From assembly GCA_964291395.2 (NCBI GenBank), contig OZ219856.1, positions 2,112,001 through 2,176,000 of the forward strand: 64,000 nt of DNA, read 5' to 3'. A program made the translations under genes and the position numbers. The notes under the pieces were generated by a model. The model saw only the letters and a program-made list of their open reading frames with translations, was not told where the DNA came from and did not search any database. Below are positions 49,445-59,293 of this stretch, in pieces. Source of the stretch: Alphaproteobacteria bacterium. GTDB lineage: Bacteria; Pseudomonadota; Alphaproteobacteria; UBA2966. Numbering within the stretch: position 1 is the stretch's first letter; each line of letters opens with the position of its first letter.

Positions 49445-50461
49445 TTAAGTGGCCAACAGCTCCTTCAGCGAATCGTCGATGAACCTGGTGTCGGCGCCGG
49501 TGGGGTCCTTGCCACCGCCCGCGTAATGTCCCCACAACGACGGAATGGGACGAAACTCGGCATTCGGAATGTGTTCGGCTTCGTACTCACCGTCTTCCGG
49601 CGGGAAATACATGTCGGTCTGGCCGGGCATCACGTAGGTCCTGGCGGTGATGGCGCCGAGCGCCTTTTCGAAGTCGCCGCCGAAGGTGTCGTTGGCGCTG
49701 AGGTCCGCCTGCTGCCAAGTGTCGATCATGGCGAGGAGATCGTTCGGCTCCCGCTGGAGAAACATTCCCTCCCAATAGGCAATGAGGAAATCGTCGAGGG
49801 AGGAATAGCCGAGCGACTTGTACATCTCCTTGCGGTACCACGTTTGACAGAGCGCCCAGCCTGCCCATACGCGACCCATGGCCCGCAAGCCGGTCAGCGG
49901 CGGCTTCTCGTACCAGCCGTTCTCGAACGCCACATCCGCCGTCAACGCCGCCTTCACCCCTTCGAGAAAGACAAAATTGTGCCTGGCACACCGAGCGGCG
50001 CCCGCAAGCGGGGCCAACCGTTCCACCATGTCGGGGAAGAGGCAGGCCCACTGGTAAACCTGTTCCGCGCCCATCGACCAACCGACGGCGAGCGCGATCT
50101 TCTTCACGCCGAGCACTTCCGTCATCAGCCGGTGCTGCTGGATGACGTTGTCGTAGATGGTCACGCGCGGAAACCTCGGACCGTTGAACGGCGCCGGCGT
50201 GTTCGACGGCGACGAGGACATTCCGTTGCCGAACTTGTTGGGCACGACGATGAAATACCTCGACGGATCGAGCGCCATCCCCTCGCCGATAAGAAACTCA
50301 TTGTCGACGTGAGTGCCGCCGTAGCGCGTCGGGTAGACGATGGCGTTGGTCCCCTCGGCGTTCAGGGTACCGTAGGTCTTGTAAGCGACCCTGGCGTCCC
50401 GCAGCGTGATGTCGTTCTGCAGAACGATGTCGCCCGCCTCGAAGACCTCATGGCGGCTCAT
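49445..50461 (-). CDS. Homoserine O-acetyltransferase-like alpha/beta hydrolase
   Basis: AYKTYGTLN, GNGMSSSPSN, GWSMGA, DMYFPP and WGHYAG motifs. Confidence 0.87.
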   Translation of the reverse strand: MSRHEVFEAGDIVLQNDITLRDARVAYKTYGTLNAEGTNAIVYPTRYGGTHVDNEFLIGEGMALDPSRYFIVVPNKFGNGMSSSPSNTPAPFNGPRFPRVTIYDNVIQQHRLMTEVLGVKKIALAVGWSMGAEQVYQWACLFPDMVERLAPLAGAARCARHNFVFLEGVKAALTADVAFENGWYEKPPLTGLRAMGRVWAGWALCQTWYRKEMYKSLGYSSLDDFLIAYWEGMFLQREPNDLLAMIDTWQQADLSANDTFGGDFEKALGAITARTYVMPGQTDMYFPPEDGEYEAEHIPNAEFRPIPSLWGHYAGGGKDPTGADTRFIDDSLKELLAT

Positions 50462-50480
50462 CGGACGGCTCCGTACCGCA

Positions 50481-51914
50481 CTAGAAGAATCTCAGGTATT
50501 CCCGGACCTCCCACTCGGTGATGTATTCGTGGAAGCGATCCCACTCGTCGTGCTTGTAGCGACTGTAGCAGTCGTGCATGGTCGCACCCAGAATCCGCTT
50601 CGCCAGCGGATCCTTGTCGAACGCCTCGATCGCGTGCTTCAGCGTCTTGGGCAGCGGCCGGATGCCGTACTTCTTCCACTTCTTCTCCGGCACGTCGTAC
50701 AGCGTCTCGTTGGTCGGCGGCCCGAGCGGCTCCAGCTTCTGCTCCATGCCCTCCAGGGCACATGCGGCCGTCATGGTCAAGCCGAAGTAGAAGTTCATGG
50801 TCATGTCGCAGGCCCGGTTCTCGATCGCCTTGCGATTCTGCGGCATGCGCAACATGGCCGAACGGTTGTTCATGCCGTAGGACACATGCGTCGGCGCCCA
50901 GGTCAGCACGCCGCCCTCGAAGCCCCGGGCCGTTCCGATAAACCCCGTGTAGGAGTTGACCGTCGGGCAGGTCATCGCCGTCAGCGCCTCGCCGTGCTTC
51001 ATGATGCCGGCGACGGCATTCCAGACGACGTCCTCCCAGGGCCCGCCTCGCTCGCCGAACAGGTTGACGCCCGGCTTCTCGACGTCCTGGGCGCTGAAAT
51101 TGACGTGCGCCCCGTTACGCCAGTCGCCCTGAGTCGGCTTGGGCATGAACGTGACGAACATGCCGTGTTTCTTGGCAATCTCCTTCAGGATCATGCGCAG
51201 CAGCGTCAGGCGGTCGGCGGACGCCACGAGATCGGTGTAACCGAAGTCCAGCTCGAACTGGGAGTAGGCACCCTCGGCGACCGTATCGTGCAGGTCCCAG
51301 TCCAACTCGATGAGAATGTCGATGATTTCGCGGATGTAGGGAAGCGAATCGATCGACGCTTCGGTGTCGTAGCCCCAGGCCTGACGCGCGGGGCGGACGC
51401 CGCCCGTCGAGGGATGAGGATCAGTGTCGAACGCCTTCACCGGCTGTCCGAACTCATCGTATTTCATGACGATGAATTCCGGCTCGAACCCCGCCATGAA
51501 CCGGTAGCCGGCGTCGGCCGCCACCTGAACCTGGCGCTTCAGGGCAAGACGCGGGCAGACGTCGTACGGCTCCCCCTCCAAGTAGAGGTCGGCGAACATC
51601 CAGGCGCAGGACCGGTCCCACGGGCAGATGACCAGGCTGTCGAGGTCGGGAATGGGAATCTGGTCGGGATCCGCCGGGCCCCTCTCCGGCACCATGGAAA
51701 CCGAGTGGACGGCAAACTGCGGGCCCCGCCCTTCGCACCATTCTTTCAGCTCGCCCAGGGGCGTCGGCTTGGTCTTGGGCTGCCCGAGCAGATCGATCCA
51801 GTTGACCAGCAGGTACTTGACGCCCTTCGACTCGAGCTCCCTGCGCACTTCCTCGACCCGCTTGGGGTCGGGAATCGCCTCTTCCATCGAGGCCGGATAA
51901 ATCCTGTCCGCCAT
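50481..51914 (-). CDS. Glutamine synthetase-like gamma-glutamyl ligase (GlnT/GmaS-like)
   Basis: GFEPEF, QFELD, FMPKP, NGAHVNFS, NNRSAMLR and IENR motifs. Confidence 0.88.
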   Translation of the reverse strand: MADRIYPASMEEAIPDPKRVEEVRRELESKGVKYLLVNWIDLLGQPKTKPTPLGELKEWCEGRGPQFAVHSVSMVPERGPADPDQIPIPDLDSLVICPWDRSCAWMFADLYLEGEPYDVCPRLALKRQVQVAADAGYRFMAGFEPEFIVMKYDEFGQPVKAFDTDPHPSTGGVRPARQAWGYDTEASIDSLPYIREIIDILIELDWDLHDTVAEGAYSQFELDFGYTDLVASADRLTLLRMILKEIAKKHGMFVTFMPKPTQGDWRNGAHVNFSAQDVEKPGVNLFGERGGPWEDVVWNAVAGIMKHGEALTAMTCPTVNSYTGFIGTARGFEGGVLTWAPTHVSYGMNNRSAMLRMPQNRKAIENRACDMTMNFYFGLTMTAACALEGMEQKLEPLGPPTNETLYDVPEKKWKKYGIRPLPKTLKHAIEAFDKDPLAKRILGATMHDCYSRYKHDEWDRFHEYITEWEVREYLRFF

Positions 51915-52003
51915 AATCTCCCCGTTGCTTGATGCCGACGGCTTTCCTCGCGTGACCTCTTTATTCCAGCTTGGCCGCGTCCGGGTCAAATCCTGAAAAC
52001 GGC

Positions 52004-53032
52004 TCAGTGCCGGGCCAGTTCCGCCTCGGCCAGTTCCTTGATGCGGGCACGATACGCGATCGACCCTTGATCGATCGCGAGTTGAAGCGTCGGTTCCGCG
52101 CCCGGCTTCTCCTCTTCCAGCTGGATCGCTTCCAGAACGATCTTGTCTTCGGCGAAAGCGGTCCGGAACATCTCGTCGACCACGCGGGCCACCGCCTCAT
52201 CGTCCACATGCGTGTTGCGTATGTGCATCCATCGATCGATGGTTTCACGCTCCGACACGGGCGTGAGGAGATGCACGGCAAACAGGCGGATGCCCTCGTC
52301 CCGGCGGTCTTCGGTCGATCCGGGCTTCGCATCAACGCTGCCGAAGTCGATCACCGCGGTGCTGGGCAGGTAGAGATAGAGATATTGCCACCTGTCGACG
52401 TTGCCTTTGAAGTCTGCGTAGTTCCGGAAAAACGGATTGGGTGGCGCGTTGCGGATCCATCGCCAGGTGTAGATGGGATCCGCCGATGCGTCGCACCGAA
52501 CCGGAACCTCCGCGTGGGCGTCGCTGCCCAGCGTCGTCGGATGAACGAAGGTCACGTGGGCCGGGTCAATGAGATTCTCGGCCACGTTCAAGTAGTTGGA
52601 CTCGATGTAGAGTGCATCGCCCTGATGAGCCTCCCACTCGGGGTCGCCGAGTTGATCCAGATCGAAAACGTCATCGGGATCGACTTGCTCGGGGTCGCCC
52701 ATCCACACCCAGACGATGTCATGACGTTCATGGACGGGAAAAGCCCGAACGCAGGCCGAGGGCGGCACCCGTGGTTGACCCGGGACGCGCGTGCACCTGC
52801 CATCGGTCCCGAATACCGAGCCGTGGTAACCACACTCGATCCGATCTCCGACGAGGCGGCCCTTTGACAGCGGGAGGTGCTTGTGGGGACAACGATCATG
52901 CAGCACCGCCACCTCCCCATTCGATGTGCGGAACACGACGAGATCCTCGCCGAGAATCTTCACGTGGCGCAGTTCGTGATCGAATTCCCTGGCCCATCCG
53001 GCCACGTACCAGGCGTTTCTGACGAAATGCAT
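52004..53032 (-). CDS. Rieske oxygenase, VanA-like demethylase
   Basis: FVRNAWYVAGW, DRCPH...ECGYHG, ENLIDPAHVTFVH and AFAEDK motifs. Confidence 0.9.
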   Translation of the reverse strand: MHFVRNAWYVAGWAREFDHELRHVKILGEDLVVFRTSNGEVAVLHDRCPHKHLPLSKGRLVGDRIECGYHGSVFGTDGRCTRVPGQPRVPPSACVRAFPVHERHDIVWVWMGDPEQVDPDDVFDLDQLGDPEWEAHQGDALYIESNYLNVAENLIDPAHVTFVHPTTLGSDAHAEVPVRCDASADPIYTWRWIRNAPPNPFFRNYADFKGNVDRWQYLYLYLPSTAVIDFGSVDAKPGSTEDRRDEGIRLFAVHLLTPVSERETIDRWMHIRNTHVDDEAVARVVDEMFRTAFAEDKIVLEAIQLEEEKPGAEPTLQLAIDQGSIAYRARIKELAEAELARH

Positions 53033-53725
53033 GCCGGCTATGCCTCCGAGGCTCGCGAGCGCCCTGCACGGTAGCACAGCGACTCAGGCCGCGCCGGGTT
53101 GTTACGAAAGGAATATTTTGGGCCGGCGCGCCATTTCCGGCCGAAAGCGGGGTGCAGACGCCAGTCCGTGTCCTCCTTCTTGGCTTACGCTGCCATCGCC
53201 TTCCTGCTGTACCAAGAGGTCAGTTGGGGCTGCTTATGTTCTGACTTCGACCGCGCATCCCGGGCCACAGCTGTTTCTCCCGCTTCCTGACGATTGTAGG
53301 TACGGGCTCGCCGCAGTGACACAGCGCGGCACTGGCGTAAGGTAGACTTGTAGGGAACTGTCGTTACATGCTCGCGCGCTCCTAAATTCATCTATCTGTG
53401 AAGGTGCCGCGTTCGTCGACAAACGCGGCATTTGCAGTCCCACCCAGCCACGAGCAGCCATGCGCTGACCAGCCTTGATCGCGGCCGCTTTCGGATCTTC
53501 ACAAGGCGTGGAGAGTTCGGTGTATCGCTCCGATCACCCGGTGCCGGCGGGTTCATTCTGCTCCAGGATGTCCGAGCCTATGCTACCCGCGACTATGGAG
53601 ACCGACGCCATGACCGCGTCACAGGCAAGGTAGGTGTATCGGGTCTTCGGTACGGCACTGGCGGTTGCATCCGGCCTTTTTCGCCGTCCGCGAACATCGC
53701 CCGTCGTATTGCCACCCCGAATAGC

Positions 53726-54358
53726 TCAGCTAGGGCCAAAGTGCCGCGACCACACCGGCGCAATGGCGGGACGGGCCGCCACCGCCGCGGTCAGGCGCTC
53801 CAATTTCGGTAGGAAGGCGGGACGCCAGTGCTTCTGCTGCGCCCAGCGACTGACGACCGCGAGGTAGATGTCTGTGAGAGAGAAGCCATCGCTCGAGAGA
53901 TACGGGTCCCCGGACACGTTCGCTTCCACGACGAGCCACCTCGCCCGCCAGATCTCCCTCGCGCGCTCGCGCATCGCATCGACCTGGTCAGGGTCAGTGG
54001 CGAAACGCTCGGGATAGTCGTTGATCTCCACGATCGGGTAGATCTCCGTCGCCGCGAAGAGGAGCCAGCGAAGGGCTTGGGCGCGACCTTGCGTACCCTT
54101 CGCCGGCAACAGGGTCGTTTCCGGGTGTCGTTCGTTGAGGGTGAGGAGGATCGCGACGGACTCGGTCAGCGGCGGTCCGTCATCGACGACAAGGGAGGGG
54201 ACCTTGCGGTGGGGATTGACAGCGGCGTATTCCTCGCCCTGTTGCTCATCGTCGCGGAGGGAAAGCTCGCGAAGCTCGTACTCGGCCCCGATCTCGGCGA
54301 GCATGCACTCCACCGCGCACGACCCCGAGCCCCGGGCTCCATGGAGTACGTACGTCAC
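53726..54358 (-). CDS. Glutathione S-transferase family protein
   Basis: VNPHRKVPSL and LTESVAIL motifs. Confidence 0.9.
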   Translation of the reverse strand: MTYVLHGARGSGSCAVECMLAEIGAEYELRELSLRDDEQQGEEYAAVNPHRKVPSLVVDDGPPLTESVAILLTLNERHPETTLLPAKGTQGRAQALRWLLFAATEIYPIVEINDYPERFATDPDQVDAMRERAREIWRARWLVVEANVSGDPYLSSDGFSLTDIYLAVVSRWAQQKHWRPAFLPKLERLTAAVAARPAIAPVWSRHFGPS

Positions 54359-54373
54359 GCCTGGCTCCCGATT

Positions 54374-54416
54374 TGGCTGTTGATCGGCGCGTAGGTTGGG
54401 CGCCGATCAACAGCCA
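54374..54416. repeat. 43-bp hairpin with 17-bp perfect inverted repeats (MITE-like)
   Basis: tggctgttgatcggcgc-N9-gcgccgatcaacagcca with TG...CA ends. Confidence 0.75.
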
Positions 54417-54609
54417 TGATTCTCGAGACGTTGCCTGGAGCGATGTCGAGTTGCGTGGCGATTCGATCGTGCGCGAGCGTGATTTGTCCAGTATCCGGGT
54501 GCGCGTCGTCGAGCAGCAGAGACCAAAGTTCCGCCGCCCGTCGCGGACACTTGTTGTTCTCGCACAGCCAGAACTCCACGTCGCGGGTTCCGCCGTTGGT
54601 GTCGGTCAC
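54417..54609 (-). pseudogene. Fragment of a small-plasmid Rep-like HTH protein
   Basis: WLCENNKCPRRAAELWSLLL...DTGQITLAHDRIATQLDIAPGNVSRIM HTH-like segment truncated by the hairpin; iteron-like repeats upstream; family recalled from memory. Confidence 0.5.
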
Positions 54610-54781
54610 AGGACCTGCATGGGTGTCACGGCGGCATTATGAGTGTCACGCCACGCCGATGCCACAGCGGCGTGACACCAATCGAAGCCCATTCGGTCAG
54701 CGCCCCCGTGTACGCCCCCCTCGGGCACCGTCCAATGATCCCACAACCCAGCGTCCGGAACGCCGCCTCGACCGCCTTGAC

Positions 54782-54858
54782 GGTTGGACAACAGAAGGAA
54801 ATCTCCATTAATCTCAACGCCTCGGTTTGGCTGGGTCGGACAATCCAACATATTGATT
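54782..54858. mobile_element. att-arm-like end: repeated GGT(T/C)GGACAA plus consensus IHF site
   Basis: GGTTGGACAA at 54782 and GGTCGGACAA at 54834; minus strand AATCAATATGTTG matches WATCAANNNNTTR. Confidence 0.5.
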
Positions 54859-54921
54859 TCAAAGAAATAACACAGGCTGAACCGGGAGCGATGCAAGCGG
54901 CGTTCGCCATATTGGCCGAGA

Positions 54922-55533
54922 CTAGAAGTCCGGAGCGGTGTCGGCGAAAGCGGGGAGTTGGGCACAGGCGGCGGAGAGCGCATCGAGGTTGGGATAGCGC
55001 CCCGCGGGCATGAGGCCGGGGCATGTCAAGGCGATATGGCCGCACAGGACCCCCAGCGTGACGTCGGCCTGGGTGATGTCGGCCCCGGCGAGCCACGGAT
55101 TGGGCTCGAACTTGTCGAGCTCGGCGAGGCCCGCCGCCGCCTGACCTTCACAGCGGTCGATCCAGGCCTGTTCGACGTAACCGTCCGGGCGGCGGTAGCG
55201 CTCGTGGTTGGCGAGAACCACCTTCTCCTGAGTCCCCATCGTCCAATGGACCATCTTCTGGACGGCAAGTCGTTCGGGACCCGACGGCGGCGTCAGCGCA
55301 CGTTCCGGTCCCACGAGCTCATCCAGATACTCCAGTATGAATCCGCTTTCCCACAGCATCTCTCCGTCATCGAGGATCAGGATCGGCACGCGCCCCAGAG
55401 GGTTCATAGGCAGGAGCTCTTCGTTGCTCGGCCACGGCTTGACAGGTCGATGCTCGTACCCGAGACCCAGGATGCGCATGGTGATGGCGACACGGCGGGT
55501 GAAAGGAGAGCGGTAGCGTCCGACCAATATCAT
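54922..55533 (-). CDS. Glutathione S-transferase family protein
   Basis: SPFTRRV, NPLGRVPIL, LWESGFI and ITQADV motifs. Confidence 0.9.
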   Translation of the reverse strand: MILVGRYRSPFTRRVAITMRILGLGYEHRPVKPWPSNEELLPMNPLGRVPILILDDGEMLWESGFILEYLDELVGPERALTPPSGPERLAVQKMVHWTMGTQEKVVLANHERYRRPDGYVEQAWIDRCEGQAAAGLAELDKFEPNPWLAGADITQADVTLGVLCGHIALTCPGLMPAGRYPNLDALSAACAQLPAFADTAPDF

Positions 55534-55576
55534 CTATCCAGGTCCACGGTTTCGAACGCGGTGCCGGAAAGCACGC

Positions 55577-56704
55577 CTATTTTGCGCCCTGAATACCCCG
55601 CAACAGATCTTGCATGGTGACGACGCCGACCCTGCCGCCGTCACCATCCACCAATACCACCGGTTTTCTTCCGTCACCCGCAACATCGATGAGAGTGTTG
55701 AGATCATCATCCGCGCGCGCCGTGGGGCATTGGTCGAGCGGTACATCCGCCGCGCCCGCAACATACGCTTCCATCGGCCGCATTACCGCATGTGCGTGTA
55801 CGAGCTTGAGTTTGGAGATGCCTTTGACGAATTCCGCGACGTAGTCGTCGACGGGCTCCATGACGATGTCCTCCGGTGTGCCGACCTGCACGAAACGGCC
55901 GTCTTTCATGATGGCAATACGGTCTCCCAGCCGCATGGCTTCATCCAAATCGTGGGTGATGAACACCGTGGTCTTCTTCAGGACACCGGCAAGCTGAATG
56001 AACTCGTCCTGAAGTTGGCGGCGAATGAGGGGATCGAGGGCGCTGAACGGCTCGTCCATCAAAAGGATATCGGGGTCCGCCGCAAGAGCCCGCGCAAGGC
56101 CCACGCGCTGCTGCATGCCTCCCGAAAGCTCGACGGGGTATCGCTCTCCCCAGCCAGCGAGCTGTACGAGCCCGAGCTTTTCATCCGCGACAGCGAATCG
56201 TTCCTTTTTGGAGATGCCCCGAATCTCGAGACCGTAGGCGACGTTGTTGCGCACGCTGCGGTGTGGGAACAGCGCCATGTTCTGGAACACCATGCCAATC
56301 TTTTCCGCGCGGAGAGCGCGGAGCTCGTCAGCGTTCTTCTTCGCGATATCCTTGCCGTCCACCAGGACCCGACCCGCCGTCGGCTGGATGAGCCGGTTGA
56401 TGTGACGCACCAACGTAGATTTCCCGCTGCCCGACAGGCCCATGATGCAGAAGATCTCGCCGGCTTTGACAGAAAACGAGACGTCGGCGACACCGACCAC
56501 ACAATCGAAGCGCTCGAAGACGGTCTCCTTGTCGAGCCCCTCTTGCGTGATGGCGTCGAGCGCCGATCGTGGATCCGCGCCGTAGATCTTCCATATGTTG
56601 GTGCCGACGATCTTGCCGTCAGCCTCGGCATGGCGAGACGTGCCGCCTGGTGCTTCGAACGACCCTCCCGCCAAAGTCTCGCTCGCCATCGACGTTTCCG
56701 TCAT
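55577..56704 (-). CDS. proV: Glycine betaine/proline-type ABC ATPase
   Basis: GLSGSGKST, LSGGMQQRVGLAR and LMDEPFSALDPLIR motifs; CBS-like tail. Confidence 0.92.
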   Translation of the reverse strand: MTETSMASETLAGGSFEAPGGTSRHAEADGKIVGTNIWKIYGADPRSALDAITQEGLDKETVFERFDCVVGVADVSFSVKAGEIFCIMGLSGSGKSTLVRHINRLIQPTAGRVLVDGKDIAKKNADELRALRAEKIGMVFQNMALFPHRSVRNNVAYGLEIRGISKKERFAVADEKLGLVQLAGWGERYPVELSGGMQQRVGLARALAADPDILLMDEPFSALDPLIRRQLQDEFIQLAGVLKKTTVFITHDLDEAMRLGDRIAIMKDGRFVQVGTPEDIVMEPVDDYVAEFVKGISKLKLVHAHAVMRPMEAYVAGAADVPLDQCPTARADDDLNTLIDVAGDGRKPVVLVDGDGGRVGVVTMQDLLRGIQGAK

Positions 56705-57058
56705 GCGTTCGCCCAAAGGATGCAGGCGCCAAGTCTCATGGCGAGGGTCCCGGCCCCTCTTTCACCGCATCGATGGCGTGGCGATACGAAGCTTGGCAGA
56801 TACGACAAAGAAACGCCCTTGCATCCCGTGAACGAGCGACGGCACACAGGTTCCCGCCGATCCGAAAGTCTACCTTGCGGCCGTCCTTCCCGCCATCTCG
56901 GTGCAATGACGTTGCACGCCGCTCGCGACACTTTTGAGAAGGCCAAACCGCGGGTCCGGCGCGCATGCCCGTCGTTTGAGTCGGACCGAAATCGGTGGTT
57001 TAATGGACCCGCTCCGATCCGGTTGGCTTGAACACATCCAACTCCAGGGAACGGTTTG

Positions 57059-57856
57059 GTGGCCACGGTCGAACGATTCAAGGTTCGCGACGAGCAAGTA
57101 TCGGCGTTCGAGCAGGACGGCGCGATACTGCTGACCGGTGCAATCAACGAGGAATGGCAGAATCTGCTGCGGGAAGCGATAGCGCGCGCGCTCCAAACTC
57201 CCACAGACTTCTTCATGCGGCGTCTCGTGTGGAGAACGGACCCGGATTTCGAGCGATTTTGCAGACAGTCCCCGGCCCCGGGTATCGCCGCCGCACTGAT
57301 GCGTACCGACAAGGTCAACTTGTTGTACGACCAGATCTTCGTCAAGGACCCGGGTAGCGCGACGGTCACGGGCTGGCACAATGACCAACCGTACTGGCCT
57401 GTCAGGGGCTGGCCGGTGATAACCTTGTGGATCGCGCTCGACCCCGTAACGAACGACAACGGCGCCCTGGAGTTCATCCGGGGTTCCCACAAATGGAATC
57501 GCTGGTTCCAGACGTTCATGCCTGACGAACACGGCGCCGTTCTGCAGCCGTATCCCAACCAGAACCCGGCGTTCGAGCCATTGATCGACTTCGAAGCCGA
57601 GCGTGACCGCTACGACATCGTGTCATGGGACATGCAACCGGGAGACGCCGTGGCCTTCCATGCCATGTCGGTGCACGGCGCACGGGGCAACGTCGCCAGC
57701 GTGCCGCGGCGCGGCTATGCGGTCCGTTTTGTCGGCAGGGACGCCTACTACGAGTTTTCCGAGACCGACGAGGGGGGGTTTCTCGAGAACCCCGAGCTGA
57801 ATTCAGGCGATCCCTTGGACAGCGAGCTTTTTCCGGTCGTGTACGGAGTCCCATAG
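57059..57856 (+). CDS. Phytanoyl-CoA dioxygenase family Fe(II)/2OG dioxygenase
   Basis: WHNDQPYWP, WIALD, GSHKW and HGARGN...RR motifs. Confidence 0.9.
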   Translation: MATVERFKVRDEQVSAFEQDGAILLTGAINEEWQNLLREAIARALQTPTDFFMRRLVWRTDPDFERFCRQSPAPGIAAALMRTDKVNLLYDQIFVKDPGSATVTGWHNDQPYWPVRGWPVITLWIALDPVTNDNGALEFIRGSHKWNRWFQTFMPDEHGAVLQPYPNQNPAFEPLIDFEAERDRYDIVSWDMQPGDAVAFHAMSVHGARGNVASVPRRGYAVRFVGRDAYYEFSETDEGGFLENPELNSGDPLDSELFPVVYGVP

Positions 57857-57954
57857 CGCCAATTCGCGTCATCTGCACTTGGCATGTATTTCCGAAGGGT
57901 GAGGCCATCGACAGCGATGGCCGGGCAAACAGCGAAATCCCTTAGAGGCGCAAG

Positions 57955-59124
57955 ATGGAACCAAGTGATATCGACGTCTTCGACCCCGCACATTACGAGA
58001 AAGTGCGCCGGCCCATCCTCGAGGCGGAAACCCTGCCGTTCTGGTGCTACACGTCGGAGCCGTTCTATCGGCGCGAAATCGACCGCGTCTTCCTGAGGTC
58101 CTGGAACACGGTCGGGCGCGCGGAGACCATCCCGAACCCCGGGGACTATCGGGCGGTGGAATTGGTCGGAATCCCACTTCTTCTGGCGCGCGGCAAGGAT
58201 GGCGTGATCCGGGCCTTCGCCAACACGTGCCGCCATCGCGGCTCGCAAGTGGTCAGCGGCACCGGGAACCGAGAAACATTCATGTGTCCCTATCACGGTT
58301 GGACCTACGACCTCGCGGGGAACCTCGTCGGCGCGAGAGGCATGGCGAACACGGAGGGCTTCGATCGGGACGACTACGGCCTCGTCCCGGTTCGCCTTGA
58401 AACCTGGAACGGATTCATGTTCGTCACCTTCGCCGCGGACACCATGGGACTCCTCGACTGGGTAGGTGATCTCGACGGTCATCTCGCGTCGTACGACATG
58501 GAAGAAATGCGCTGCGTCAAGTACCTGGAATTCGAAATTGCCGCCAATTGGAAAGTGTGGCTGGAAGGCGCCTCCGAGGATTTTCACGTTCCTACCGTCC
58601 ATCGTACGACCCTCGACAAGCTCAAGGTGAAGCATTGGACGGAGGAGACCCAGGGTCAGTATTGCCGCCTGGTCGAGGAGCACGAAGGGACGCGCGCGGT
58701 ACTTCCGGGGGACGAAGCGTTTCCGTTCATCCCGACGCTGACCGGGGCGGCAGCCAGGGGAACGCAGTACACGGTGCTCTACACAAACCTGAGCCTCGCG
58801 ACGACCAGGGACTGCGCGTTCTTCATGGAGATCTATCCGCTGGGAGTCGACCGGACGAGGTTGCGCGGCGGTTTCCTGTTCACAAAGGAGACATTGGCGA
58901 GGGCCGATTTCGATGAGATCTGCACCAACAACTATTACAGCCGACTGGACACAGGCGTTCGCGAGGACATCCATGTCGCCGAATCCCAGCAGATCGGCTT
59001 GAGCTCACGGCTCTACCGTCCGGGTCGGATTTCGGATCAGGAACCCAACGTGCACAACATCTGGAACTGGATCCTCGATCACGTGCTCGGTCCCGAATCC
59101 CCGATCAGAAAGGTTGTCGGTTAG
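57955..59124 (+). CDS. Rieske oxygenase alpha subunit (choline monooxygenase/CntA-like group)
   Basis: NTCRHRG...CPYHGW, ANWKVW, FHVPTVH and EDIHVAESQQ motifs. Confidence 0.9.
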   Translation: MEPSDIDVFDPAHYEKVRRPILEAETLPFWCYTSEPFYRREIDRVFLRSWNTVGRAETIPNPGDYRAVELVGIPLLLARGKDGVIRAFANTCRHRGSQVVSGTGNRETFMCPYHGWTYDLAGNLVGARGMANTEGFDRDDYGLVPVRLETWNGFMFVTFAADTMGLLDWVGDLDGHLASYDMEEMRCVKYLEFEIAANWKVWLEGASEDFHVPTVHRTTLDKLKVKHWTEETQGQYCRLVEEHEGTRAVLPGDEAFPFIPTLTGAAARGTQYTVLYTNLSLATTRDCAFFMEIYPLGVDRTRLRGGFLFTKETLARADFDEICTNNYYSRLDTGVREDIHVAESQQIGLSSRLYRPGRISDQEPNVHNIWNWILDHVLGPESPIRKVVG

Positions 59125-59293
59125 CCGGAACCAAGCGAACTGCACAACGACGGTGACCAAAGCGGTGCCGCCGGACGATCGAGTGACTGTCCAATCAGGA
59201 TCGGGCGCTCAAGCCTGAGCCGCCCGAAATCGAACAGTGCGGTGCGATCGCGTGAAGCTTTGAAGCGAATGCACACAGGGGAGGGCCAAAACG

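Noticed and set aside
53090-53720. 600-bp gap with lower-GC patches and a TTATGTT half-site at about 53234
   Set aside because: No recognisable ORF, RNA or complete dyad; probably degraded foreign DNA.
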